64,000 bases of DNA from Actinomycetes bacterium (GTDB taxonomy: Bacteria; Actinomycetota; JAHEXW01), in assembly GCA_023251915.1 (NCBI GenBank), contig JAHEXW010000006.1, positions 1,489-65,488 of the forward strand. Direction: 5' to 3'. The notes under the pieces are model-generated. The model ran no database searches. It saw nothing but the letters and a program-made list of their open reading frames with translations, and had not been told where the DNA came from. Shown here in pieces: positions 7,829 through 16,598 of the stretch. Every line of letters begins with the position of its first letter. The first letter of the stretch is position 1. Both the position numbers and the translations under genes were made by a program.

Positions 7829-8974
7829 CTAAAAGCTGAGTGTTCCTGTGTCCTGGAGTGATCGAGAAAACTCCTGATTATGGATATCTGAATTTAATAT
7901 ACTGCTGTTTATTGTCCGGTAGCCGTTGATTGGAATGTCGCAAAAAAGAGACGCGGTCGATCCATCGGTGGATGTGAACACAAAGTAATGGCGACCTAAA
8001 CCTGCGTGAGGGTAATAGACCTTATTCTTGAGACTTACGGACACTGACGGGATGAGCAGACTGCGGCTGACGATTTCGATTTGGTCATGATCTCGAGCGT
8101 CATTCGTTCGTTCAACAATTACATATTCGTGAACGGTCGCGATGGGCTTGTTAAATGTGCCGGTCACGGCGAGTGTCAAGTGCGCTAATTCGTCGCGAGC
8201 AGTCTGTTGCTCACCGTCGCCGGTTAGATAATGCCAGCGCGTAAAAACATACGGCGGCGTCTTTGTTACGTTGACATTTCCGTGGAGCGGTTCTGCCCAG
8301 TGCCCCTCCTTTATCCACGCTTGGTAATCCTCCCAATAGCCGGACGCTACCCAGACATTAACGATCCGCCATTCATAGTGAGACGTGTCCTGCCACGCCC
8401 AATAGCCGTAGTCGTGCCAGACCCACCATATCGAACGCCAACCCGCACCTGGGCAATAATCGTCGCTTCGATGTGCGTGCCCGCCCCACGTCCAATTCGC
8501 GTAACACTCTAAGCCGCCGTAGTACAGCGGACAACGCTGGTCCGCATATTGATACCACCACCTGTCTCCCCAGGCCGGCCAACCCCAAGGCGGATCGCTG
8601 ATCATCCAAGCTATGACCGTATCTTCGTGACTGTTGTCAATCCAGAAGTAGTACCCTGACGATACCCAGACATTTTGGCCACGCTGTTCCCAGTGAGAGG
8701 TATCGATCCACCGTTGGTGTGTTTCGTAATGGGACGTGTCTACCCACACTTGCTGACCCAGGTTGTTGCCTTTCAGCCAGTCATCCGCATCTGCATAACC
8801 TGAATATACAAGCAGGCTAGTAATCGCAACGAAAATGATGACAACGAAGACGCGAACGATGTTGCCTGCTGGCTTTTGCTTGTAGTAGCCTCTTCTCATA
8901 CATACGCTCAAGGATATGTGACCGTCCCTGACTTGGAGGCGCATGGCCATTGATAGTCTTTGAAGCTCTTCCAA
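7829..8974 (-). CDS. Trp/Tyr/His-rich repeat protein, N-terminal membrane anchor, no recognisable family
   Basis: A TM helix (IVRVFVVIIFVAITSLLVY) is followed by repeated W(V/I)DTSHYE...W(V)W modules: VWVDTSHYETHQRWIDTSHWEQRGQNVWV, WIDNSHEDTVIAWM, WAWQDTSHYEWRIVNVWVASGYWEDYQAW. The C-terminal half is beta-rich. Probable true start MRRGYYKQ at ~8899. Confidence 0.5.
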   Translation of the reverse strand: MEELQRLSMAMRLQVRDGHISLSVCMRRGYYKQKPAGNIVRVFVVIIFVAITSLLVYSGYADADDWLKGNNLGQQVWVDTSHYETHQRWIDTSHWEQRGQNVWVSSGYYFWIDNSHEDTVIAWMISDPPWGWPAWGDRWWYQYADQRCPLYYGGLECYANWTWGGHAHRSDDYCPGAGWRSIWWVWHDYGYWAWQDTSHYEWRIVNVWVASGYWEDYQAWIKEGHWAEPLHGNVNVTKTPPYVFTRWHYLTGDGEQQTARDELAHLTLAVTGTFNKPIATVHEYVIVERTNDARDHDQIEIVSRSLLIPSVSVSLKNKVYYPHAGLGRHYFVFTSTDGSTASLFCDIPINGYRTINSSILNSDIHNQEFSRSLQDTGTLSF

Positions 8975-9074
8975 CGGTTGTAAACATCAGAGCAACCCAG
9001 GTGCGCGCCTCCCAGAAAACCATTAGCAATGTGTACGGGAGCAAACCTCGCTATCCGCCTGGGTCGATGTTCGC

Positions 9075-9776
9075 TCATTTCGTCACAGCGATTTGCGCTG
9101 CCCTAAACGTCCCATCGGCCTGCCTTTCACCCAGCACGCTCACCTGAACCCCGCTTACGACCTCGGAATAGTCCGCAGCCGACAGCAACCCGCCCGCCGG
9201 ACCGGACACTGTCCCCGTTGCGTCGTTCGCCAAGACTATGGTTTGCCCGCCATTCATGTCGGCAAGTACGAAACCATTTTTAGTCTTTTCCTCCACCTTG
9301 CCCGCGATGACCGCCTCGCGGCTGTGATCAATTTCCGTGGCCTTGTGCCTGTCGGTTTCTTCCGGCGATATTGTGATTTTCGTCGCGATAATCCTCATTT
9401 TTGGTCCCAGTACGACTTTTGCTTCTACGGTCACAATATTGCCTTTCTTAATTCCATCTCTTGACGTCTTTCGCGGTGCCAAGTTTCCCGCCTGCTCAAT
9501 GCGCACCTTCATATAACGGGTGCGCGAAGAGGTCTCAATAAAGTTAGTGAGCCTCGGTTTCTGTTGTTTACTGACTTGGCTTGGATCTAGAACCGTAACA
9601 GACAAACCGTTTTCACTTACCCCGGATATGCGGCCGACGAACGTAACGGGCGCCAGTATTTTTGCCTGATGCTCGGTGTCAGAAACGTTTTTGGCGTCGC
9701 GAGAAGAGCACCCAGATACCGCAATTAACATCAATCCGCCGACAGCGCATAAATACATCAATCTATTTCTGGTCAT
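9075..9776 (-). CDS. Lipoprotein with repeated small beta-domains (DUF5666-like by eye)
   Basis: Signal peptide plus lipobox (LIAVSGC|S). Repeated GxV...V segments. Unknown function. Lies between the Flp pilin and the Trp-rich protein. Confidence 0.55.
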   Translation of the reverse strand: MTRNRLMYLCAVGGLMLIAVSGCSSRDAKNVSDTEHQAKILAPVTFVGRISGVSENGLSVTVLDPSQVSKQQKPRLTNFIETSSRTRYMKVRIEQAGNLAPRKTSRDGIKKGNIVTVEAKVVLGPKMRIIATKITISPEETDRHKATEIDHSREAVIAGKVEEKTKNGFVLADMNGGQTIVLANDATGTVSGPAGGLLSAADYSEVVSGVQVSVLGERQADGTFRAAQIAVTK

Positions 9777-9784
9777 TTGGCTCC

Positions 9785-9967
9785 TTATCTTGCGAGTGCG
9801 TCGATTAGAGATTGCAGGTTATTCATCAATACGCCGCGCAGCTGCGGAAGTAGCAGAATCACGGCCAAGATTATCAGTCCGATCCAAAAGACTTGTTCGG
9901 TTATTTCCGAGCCAGTCTCACGATTTAGAGCCCTCATGGCTTTTGCAAATAGTAGCAACGGTCTCAC
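9785..9967 (-). CDS. flp: Flp-family type IVb pilin (locus 1)
   Basis: RETG|SEITEQVFWIGLIILAVILLL fits the Flp G|xxxxE(Y) processing motif followed by a hydrophobic helix. 50-60 aa. Confidence 0.6.
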   Translation of the reverse strand: MRPLLLFAKAMRALNRETGSEITEQVFWIGLIILAVILLLPQLRGVLMNNLQSLIDALAR

Positions 9968-9970
9968 CTC

Positions 9971-10786
9971 CTAGAGCGATAGATTCTTAAGGTTAATGAT
10001 TGCCGGCAATAGATACACGAGCAGAACAGGTGGAACAATAAACATAAAGATTGGCAGCAACATTGTTGTTGGTAGACGGTTCGCACGAAGTTCGAGCAAC
10101 AACTGTTGTTTGACGCGGACTGAATCCGCTAATGCAATGATTGAAGCGCTTACAGGCTTACCTTGGCGCTCTGCCTGCAAAACTGTATCAAGAAACTGTC
10201 TTAGTTGCGCTGGTCCGTCTTTCGCTATTGACCTATACGCGGTCTCTCTTCGGGCACCTGAGGCAATGGCTGACCTTGCTTTTATCAGTAACGCGGCGAG
10301 CGCGCCCGTCACTTTCTCAGCAACATAGTCAACCGCTTGGTCGAAACTCAAACCAGCTTCAAGGGCGAGCGCAATTATCTCCATCACACCAGGTAGCTCC
10401 TCGCTAACTTTTCGAGTTCGCGCCCGCATTAAGCGCTCGAGAAAAATGACAGGCAGATACGCCCCTCCAATAAATAGGAGGCTTGGCAACAGGAATGCTG
10501 CCGGGGCGTTAAGGTCTAATTGAACGCAGATGAACGCCAGCCCGCCGCCAATGATCAATTGGTAGCAAGCAACGTCGGTCCCGTTTTGTAGTATGGGAGC
10601 AACGGCGCGCGATAAGGGACTCGCCGCTTTCAACTTTGCGTCCAGGAACCCCACATAGCTGCGCAGAAAACGATTCGATGCCTTCCACCCGTGCACCCTT
10701 ATATCAGAACCTGCAGAGCCAAGAACAAGTAAAACTCCCGATATGCCAGCGGCGACAGCCGTAGCCAGGCAGGCCATTTCGCTCAC
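9971..10786 (-). CDS. tadC: TadC-like pilus assembly inner-membrane protein (T2SS F domain)
   Basis: T2SSF-type topology and conserved E..P..L..LA..AGLS motif (LPGVMEIIALALEAGLSFDQA). Confidence 0.8.
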   Translation of the reverse strand: MSEMACLATAVAAGISGVLLVLGSAGSDIRVHGWKASNRFLRSYVGFLDAKLKAASPLSRAVAPILQNGTDVACYQLIIGGGLAFICVQLDLNAPAAFLLPSLLFIGGAYLPVIFLERLMRARTRKVSEELPGVMEIIALALEAGLSFDQAVDYVAEKVTGALAALLIKARSAIASGARRETAYRSIAKDGPAQLRQFLDTVLQAERQGKPVSASIIALADSVRVKQQLLLELRANRLPTTMLLPIFMFIVPPVLLVYLLPAIINLKNLSL

Positions 10787-11622
10787 GATCGCCCCCCGAC
10801 AGTGGCCATAGTTGTCATTCTATTCAACATGTAGAACCCTGCAGCAACTGATGTTGTGGCATAAGCCAAAACCAATAGACCCACGTTTGTCTTAAGATAA
10901 GCGGCATATATTGGATTGAACGAATATGCTGCAAGCAGGAAGCAGACTGGAATTACTGTTACAATCTTGGCTGTAGCTTTTTGTTGGGACGCAAGGGCCC
11001 TTACCTTGTCTGAAAAACGAACCCGATTACCTGCCAGTCTCGCCAGTCTATCGAGAACAACACAGACGTCCGCGCCTGTCGCACGACAAATAGATATCGC
11101 GTCAATCGCAAACGTAAAGATTTCGTCATCGACGCGTCGCGCCGCCGACCGGAGCGCGTCGTCGACATTTTGGCCGTGAGCAATTTCTGCTGCAACTAAC
11201 AAAAGGTGACTACGCATTGGGTCATCGGTCCTGCTGGCAACGTCTGCGACTGCTTTGCTAAGTGAGGGGTCGCCATATAGAGCGCAACCTAAACCACTAA
11301 GGACTGACTCAATCTGCTGTTTAGCCTTTAGGCGGCCCTTTTGTTCCTGGTATTTAGAATATAGAAACACCAGCGCTGGCGCCAAAGCCGCGAGTGTTGC
11401 GCTCGCAAAGAATGTGAACTCAGCTGCGGCGCAAATGATAAAGACCACTGCGTGAACGCTAAGCAACAAAGATGCACCGCTCTTCTGCGAGGGGCCCGAT
11501 GTATTCTTCGCTCCGGAAGCGAGCTCCATAAAGGCATTTTTCTTTCTAGCCTTTCTTGAGGCCAGGGCATACATGCCGGATGCTATCGTCAGAAAGGCAA
11601 GATAGGCAGTATCTTCAATCAT
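10783..11622 (-). CDS. tadB: TadB-like pilus assembly inner-membrane protein (T2SS F domain)
   Basis: T2SSF domain architecture. Adjacent to the tadC and cpaF homologs, with overlapping stop/start. Confidence 0.8.
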   Translation of the reverse strand: MIEDTAYLAFLTIASGMYALASRKARKKNAFMELASGAKNTSGPSQKSGASLLLSVHAVVFIICAAAEFTFFASATLAALAPALVFLYSKYQEQKGRLKAKQQIESVLSGLGCALYGDPSLSKAVADVASRTDDPMRSHLLLVAAEIAHGQNVDDALRSAARRVDDEIFTFAIDAISICRATGADVCVVLDRLARLAGNRVRFSDKVRALASQQKATAKIVTVIPVCFLLAAYSFNPIYAAYLKTNVGLLVLAYATTSVAAGFYMLNRMTTMATVGGRS

Positions 11623-12815
11623 TCGCCCTCCTGACTGTAGAGAACGTCTATCTGATATTCTTCCCCGCTGCTAAGACCAGGTATGAGCCTGCAGACTTCG
11701 ACAATTCTCCTCGCCCGATATCGGCCTCTGTCAAGCTCAATACCGCGAATAAAAACGACCAAATCCACGACTCTCGATATTTGCCGCCTAATTGCCAACA
11801 GGCTGCTATTCAATTTTGCCATTGACGCCAATGTTTCGAGTCGCCATAGCGCGTCAATAACACTATTGGCGTGAATCGTAGATATTGAACCTCTGTGGCC
11901 GGTATTAAGCGCATGCAATAGGTCATATGCAGCCTCATCTCTCACTTCGCCCATTATCAAGCGGTCTGGATTCATTCTCATCGCATTCTTAATGAGGAGG
12001 CTGAAGGAAATGTCACCTTGACTCTCGATCTGGCTGGAACGGGTCAGCAGGCGACGGACGTGAGGTTTATCGATGCGCAGTTCGTATGTATCTTCAAGCG
12101 TGATTATGATTTGGTCTGATTCAATTTGCTTACTGAGACTGTTTAGAAGTGTCGTCTTCCCGGCTCCTGTACCGCCGGCGACAATTATGTTCTTCTTGCA
12201 ACGCACGGCCTCTGTTAACAACTCTGCTCCCGGCGCCGTAATAACTTTTCCAGCTACCCAATCGGACAGCTCCAGATCCATGCATCCAAGTTTTCGAACC
12301 GTTATGTAACAGCGATCAGCAGCCGGTGGGATTATAATGTGACAGCGGCTTCCCTCATAAAGCTCACAATCGCAGGCAGGATTCATGACATCGACTCGCT
12401 TTCCAACGCGTGCCGTAATCCTATCGATGACGCGCCGAACATCCTTTTCGGACCCGAATCCCTCGTGAATCTTCCGTCGCGTGTTTCCACTGACAACAAA
12501 TATTTCGACGCCCTCAACGAGGATATCCGTGACGGCTTCATCGCGAAGCAGTGGCTCGATAAGTCCAAGCCCAAATAGATCATCTGAAACGTACTCTAGG
12601 AGGGCCCCGTATGTATCGCCGCCTCGGCGGCCGGCAAAATCTACAATTTCATCGCGAACAGTCTTCTCGGCAACGGTCTTACACAGAACCTCGTATTCGC
12701 CCTCACGTGCGTCAAGAGATTCGAGGGCCCGCTGCACCTTATCCTTGACGTGACTAAGAACGGCCTTTCGATCAATTGGAAATACCTTATGCTCTAGCAC
12801 TTCAGTTGTAGACAT
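11619..12815 (-). CDS. cpaF: CpaF/TadA secretion ATPase
   Basis: Walker A GGTGAGKTTLLNSL, Asp box, and a His box (HANS) of VirB11/CpaF-family ATPases. Confidence 0.9.
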   Translation of the reverse strand: MSTTEVLEHKVFPIDRKAVLSHVKDKVQRALESLDAREGEYEVLCKTVAEKTVRDEIVDFAGRRGGDTYGALLEYVSDDLFGLGLIEPLLRDEAVTDILVEGVEIFVVSGNTRRKIHEGFGSEKDVRRVIDRITARVGKRVDVMNPACDCELYEGSRCHIIIPPAADRCYITVRKLGCMDLELSDWVAGKVITAPGAELLTEAVRCKKNIIVAGGTGAGKTTLLNSLSKQIESDQIIITLEDTYELRIDKPHVRRLLTRSSQIESQGDISFSLLIKNAMRMNPDRLIMGEVRDEAAYDLLHALNTGHRGSISTIHANSVIDALWRLETLASMAKLNSSLLAIRRQISRVVDLVVFIRGIELDRGRYRARRIVEVCRLIPGLSSGEEYQIDVLYSQEGE

Positions 12816-13440
12816 AGCCCGCCAATGCGATAATTATTGACCCCATGCTTGACGCTTCCGCCAAAAGTTCGCTCTCGCTCTTTGTTACTTTCACCAGAAT
12901 GCCCTGCGCATTTCGTCCGCTTTCACTTTGGGCATTGCCTGCTGTCTGTGCAACTTCTACACCAGTGAGAATTGTCTGGCACCTTAGCGCGGTCGGGTCA
13001 TGTTGCGACGGTACGGCAATAACATTTATCCGCGCACCCCGGCGCAGAAGGCCTGCAAATGCGTTAACGTTCGTCACCGGCAGTAGAAAAACAAGTTCGT
13101 CTTTCGCAAACGCGTTCGATTCTTCTACCCGCACAGAAAACTCGCGAAAACATTGGGGGGAAAGGTAGTCGCCCGGCAATCTGGCTGTTGATACTCTTCT
13201 GCCCAAGACCTCGCGCCGATTTTTATAAACCCCAGTAACACCCGCGCCTACTGGCATTTGTCTTTCTTCAATCATCCCCGCTGTGACTCTTGCTCCCACT
13301 TGAATTGGTCTCTTTGCGACAATGACTGTCGTTACTCCAAGGATCGACTTTAGAACAATGTAGACAACCACCATCGCTGCAGAGCCAGCCAGTATTGCAT
13401 AGGTACTCGCATTAGTCGTCATGCGTCCGTTCCCCGCCAT
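12802..13440 (-). CDS. cpaB: CpaB/RcpC-like Flp pilus assembly protein (SAF domain)
   Basis: N-terminal TM anchor followed by SAF-like region (VAKRPIQVGARVTAGMIEER...). Position is immediately upstream of cpaF. Confidence 0.7.
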   Translation of the reverse strand: MAGNGRMTTNASTYAILAGSAAMVVVYIVLKSILGVTTVIVAKRPIQVGARVTAGMIEERQMPVGAGVTGVYKNRREVLGRRVSTARLPGDYLSPQCFREFSVRVEESNAFAKDELVFLLPVTNVNAFAGLLRRGARINVIAVPSQHDPTALRCQTILTGVEVAQTAGNAQSESGRNAQGILVKVTKSESELLAEASSMGSIIIALAGYVYN

Positions 13441-13517
13441 CTTTCCCCCTTATCACATTACTTTGTCCTTTTTGTGCGTGTGGTATCGGTTTTGCCGTAT
13501 GTCTGTTTCCTTTCAAT

Positions 13518-13553
13518 GGCAAAAAAGGGTGGCGGCGGGACTTGCCCGCTGCC
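13518..13553 (-). terminator. Putative intrinsic terminator between the HTH gene and cpaB (minus strand)
   Basis: Minus-strand reading ggcagcgggcaagtcccgccgcc, a 9-bp stem with one mismatch, followed by accCTTTTTTT. Confidence 0.5.
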
Positions 13554-13597
13554 ACACTCATAACTTTTGCCCCGTGTCAGAACAAAATCGTTTCTTC

Positions 13598-14080
13598 CTA
13601 CTTTCCCATCGATCTTTCGCGCTGTGACACAATGTACTCGTTCAGATCGCTTTTCTGCACTCGCCACGACCCCGCGCCCGCTCCGATTCTGAATCCAAGG
13701 AGAATCTTCTTGTTCAGCATGTCGTATACTTGCGCTTCCGAGAACCTTAGCTGATAGGCCACCTCAGACACTGTCAACAGGCGTTTCGGATCAGCCATCC
13801 TGGCTTCTTCCTCGACGGCCGCCTTCTCGTGATAATTCTTGACGTCGTCGGCGTGAATGAACTTGCGCCGACCGATGCGACTCGTCCTAAACTCTCCCCG
13901 GCGCATCATCTTACGAACCGCGTTTGGTTCCAACTCCAGGATATCGGCCGCTTCTTCCACACTGACATACCCCGATTTGCTGGGTGTCGCGGCGCTGCTG
14001 TGCGATTCTTGCTTATCTTCCATCTCCCGGATGAGGCTTCTTAAATCGTCGTTTTTTGTGACTTTTGCCATTTCAGGCAC
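13598..14080 (-). CDS. Tandem helix-turn-helix (excisionase-family/MerR-like HTH_17 x2) DNA-binding protein
   Basis: Two similar segments: YVSVEEAADILELEPNAVRKMMRRGEF...RKFIHADDVKNY and LLTVSEVAYQLRFSEAQVYDMLNKKILLGFRIG...WRVQKSDLNEYI. Confidence 0.6.
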   Translation of the reverse strand: MPEMAKVTKNDDLRSLIREMEDKQESHSSAATPSKSGYVSVEEAADILELEPNAVRKMMRRGEFRTSRIGRRKFIHADDVKNYHEKAAVEEEARMADPKRLLTVSEVAYQLRFSEAQVYDMLNKKILLGFRIGAGAGSWRVQKSDLNEYIVSQRERSMGK

Positions 14081-14084
14081 CCCT

Positions 14085-15353
14085 TTATCCGGCCATCCCT
14101 GAGATCGCGCCGCGAATTCGCTTCGAAAACGTTGTTCGCCGGCGACGGGATGCCATATCTAGCCCAAACAATAGCTTCAAGATATCACTAACAGCCGGAT
14201 ATGTCATTTCGGACCAATATTTCACAAAATCGCCTTTCTCACCCGCTAACGGGCCTTTGTCGCATTCGGCGACAGCCGCTGCCAAAGGCATTTCTAACCA
14301 ATGTGCACACTCCCTGGCTCTTCTGCCTCCGCACCTCACTTTGTTAATAATGAGCGCTTTTGTTGTGTCGGATCGTATGAACATCTTTCTTGCCTCCAGG
14401 CGCGCTAGCCCGCCGATATCTTCCGTTGAGACCAACAGAACTGCTGTCGCGAGATCCAAAGCTTCAAGAGTCAGCGGGTTCAAGTCATTTGGCAGATCTA
14501 TGATTACTATCTGAAACATCCTTCTGGCTTGGTCGATAAGGTCAACAATATCATCTGGACTAATATTCTCTGCTTGCTCAATCGTCGGAGGCGGCTGCAC
14601 AACCGCAAAGTCAGCCCTTTTCGGCTTGATCAAAGCGTCTATAAAACCTTGGCGTCTGTCGGCAGCATTATCTACAAGTTTGCCGATATGAGGCAGCGCG
14701 GGCAGACTGAGGATCGTGGCGATGTCCCCGGGACCTTCCGTAAAATTCAAATCGATCAGCAAGACATCAAAATCATGGAGACGGTCCGCCAAACACAGTG
14801 CAAGAGTCGTTCTGCCCTCGCCTCCTTTTGCACCCCAAACCGCAATCACCTCTTGACTAACAACAGAAACCGTCCTTTTCTCAATTGGCCGTCCTGCAGC
14901 CGGCGGACCAATTAGTTCACTATCATTGTTTTGCGTATCGAGTCCAGCTGGAATGCAGCTCGTTATGTCCCAGAACTTTCTCTCGAGATTGGCTTCAGGA
15001 TCGCTTGGGGACACCTCACTTACGCATCCAGCCTCCATCAAAACCCTTGATATCGAATCGACCGTTATCGACCCGCAAAGCCTGGCGTCGGCATCGTGAA
15101 TTGGCGTATCGGCAGTATCACTGCAAGCGACTGCAATAACGGCGCTGCCTGTTTCCTTTTGAACCCATCTGATAAGGTCGCTGGCTGCCGCCAGCCCAAT
15201 GTCCACAAATAGCACTCGCGGATTAAGCTCTTCTGTTAACGCTGTTGCGGCCATAATTGAATGCGTGACGATTGGCTTGTGCCCGCATGTCTCGATGCCC
15301 GCAATGAGAGACTTTTCAATACTCAAATCATTGGTGAGCACCAGGCAGATCAC
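14085..15353 (-). CDS. cpaE: CpaE/TadZ-like pilus assembly ATPase (N-terminal receiver-like domain + ParA/MinD ATPase)
   Basis: Deviant Walker A VWGAKGGEGRTTLA in the C-terminal half. N-terminal ~120 aa resembles a CheY-like receiver domain. Confidence 0.8.
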   Translation of the reverse strand: MICLVLTNDLSIEKSLIAGIETCGHKPIVTHSIMAATALTEELNPRVLFVDIGLAAASDLIRWVQKETGSAVIAVACSDTADTPIHDADARLCGSITVDSISRVLMEAGCVSEVSPSDPEANLERKFWDITSCIPAGLDTQNNDSELIGPPAAGRPIEKRTVSVVSQEVIAVWGAKGGEGRTTLALCLADRLHDFDVLLIDLNFTEGPGDIATILSLPALPHIGKLVDNAADRRQGFIDALIKPKRADFAVVQPPPTIEQAENISPDDIVDLIDQARRMFQIVIIDLPNDLNPLTLEALDLATAVLLVSTEDIGGLARLEARKMFIRSDTTKALIINKVRCGGRRARECAHWLEMPLAAAVAECDKGPLAGEKGDFVKYWSEMTYPAVSDILKLLFGLDMASRRRRTTFSKRIRGAISGMAG

Positions 15354-15766
15354 TATGGCCTCTCTTCGATCGACATCTTGGCGGACCCGTAAACCATTAG
15401 TTTTTTTGCGGAAGGCGACACTCCAGGAATTATTCCCGTCATGAATCCGGGTACTTCATACGTCACTCTTACATCGACGTCGTCGCCCGGTTCGGGGCAA
15501 TCGGGAGATTCTATCGCGACAGCCACGCGGTCGCCTTCTTGCCACCCCGGGAGCGTGTCGTTAGCAAATCCGTATACAACCTCCTCGGCTGCCCGAGCGG
15601 GATCACTCGCAATAGAGGCCTGCCGCGCCGCTTCAAAAGCGGCTGCTTGTACTGCAGTTACCGCGTTAAAGTACAGGCCATATTGCACGACCGCTCCCAA
15701 GAGGAGCAGTAGCAAAGGCAGCCATATTATCATCTCGACCGTCGCACTTCCGTTTTCCCCGTCCAA
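15353..15766 (-). CDS. tadE: TadE-like protein
   Basis: N-terminus GSATVEMIIWLPLLLLLLGAVVQYGLYFNAVTAVQAAAFEAAR is typical of TadE (PF07811-like). Confidence 0.65.
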   Translation of the reverse strand: MDGENGSATVEMIIWLPLLLLLLGAVVQYGLYFNAVTAVQAAAFEAARQASIASDPARAAEEVVYGFANDTLPGWQEGDRVAVAIESPDCPEPGDDVDVRVTYEVPGFMTGIIPGVSPSAKKLMVYGSAKMSIEERP

Positions 15767-15767
15767 C

Positions 15768-16598
15768 TTACCTGATCACCATGCCCCCGTAGCCAACGAC
15801 ACTTGACTCGTCGCGGCTGAAATCCGCGCTGGAGCCGTACTTCATAAGTTCGGCCTTTGAGGCACCAAGTTTATTAACCGCGTAAAGCATGGTGGCCACC
15901 GGCCCATAGCCGCACATCGTGATGTCATTTTCGTAAACGGTGCTTAACAATCTATCTGGATCCAGCGCTAAGATCGCGTCGATGGCGAGTTTGTCCATTT
16001 TGGCGGCGTAATCGCGAGGTTCGTAATGGGTAAAGTCGGTAGAGGCGACAATAATGATTTCTTCCTGCGATTCCTCCACAACGTCTGCCAAGGCTAACCC
16101 GACGCGGCGGTATTCACCGGCGTCGGCCAATCCCTGCATAGTGATAGGGGCAAATGAGAAATCGTTGTTCGTAAGAACCTGCAGAAATGGCAGCTGCACC
16201 TCGATAGAGTGTTCCAGGCGGTGGGCGTCACGGCTGATTTGTGATTCGGGCGCCGCGGCTACTATATCCTCAACTAAATCCCGGTCAACCGTGGCGTCAC
16301 CTAGCGGTGTCTTCCACGCCTCGCTATTGTCCAATGAAACCGGCAGGCCAAAACCTGAGTGATTTGGCCCGATGATGATGTATTTTTTCGCAGGTTCGAT
16401 GCGTCCGTAGACGGCTCCCGCTTCCGGCCCCGAATATTCGTAGCCGGCGTGAGGAACTACGATTCCCTTGGCCTTTATTTTCTGCCCAACTGCCGCGCCG
16501 GCGTCGATTAGTTTGGTCACTTCGCGCCGCAAACCTTCCGCATAACCTAGATAGAAAAGTCCCGCCGCATACGGCATCCGTCGATCGGTTGCTACCAT
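15768..16598 (-). CDS. MEMO1-family protein (AmmeMemoRadiSam system protein B-like)
   Basis: Conserved MEMO motifs: PYAAGLFY, VVPHAGYEYSG, GPNHSG, the metal-binding His/Asp/Cys set, GYGPV. Confidence 0.8.
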   Translation of the reverse strand: MVATDRRMPYAAGLFYLGYAEGLRREVTKLIDAGAAVGQKIKAKGIVVPHAGYEYSGPEAGAVYGRIEPAKKYIIIGPNHSGFGLPVSLDNSEAWKTPLGDATVDRDLVEDIVAAAPESQISRDAHRLEHSIEVQLPFLQVLTNNDFSFAPITMQGLADAGEYRRVGLALADVVEESQEEIIIVASTDFTHYEPRDYAAKMDKLAIDAILALDPDRLLSTVYENDITMCGYGPVATMLYAVNKLGASKAELMKYGSSADFSRDESSVVGYGGMVIR

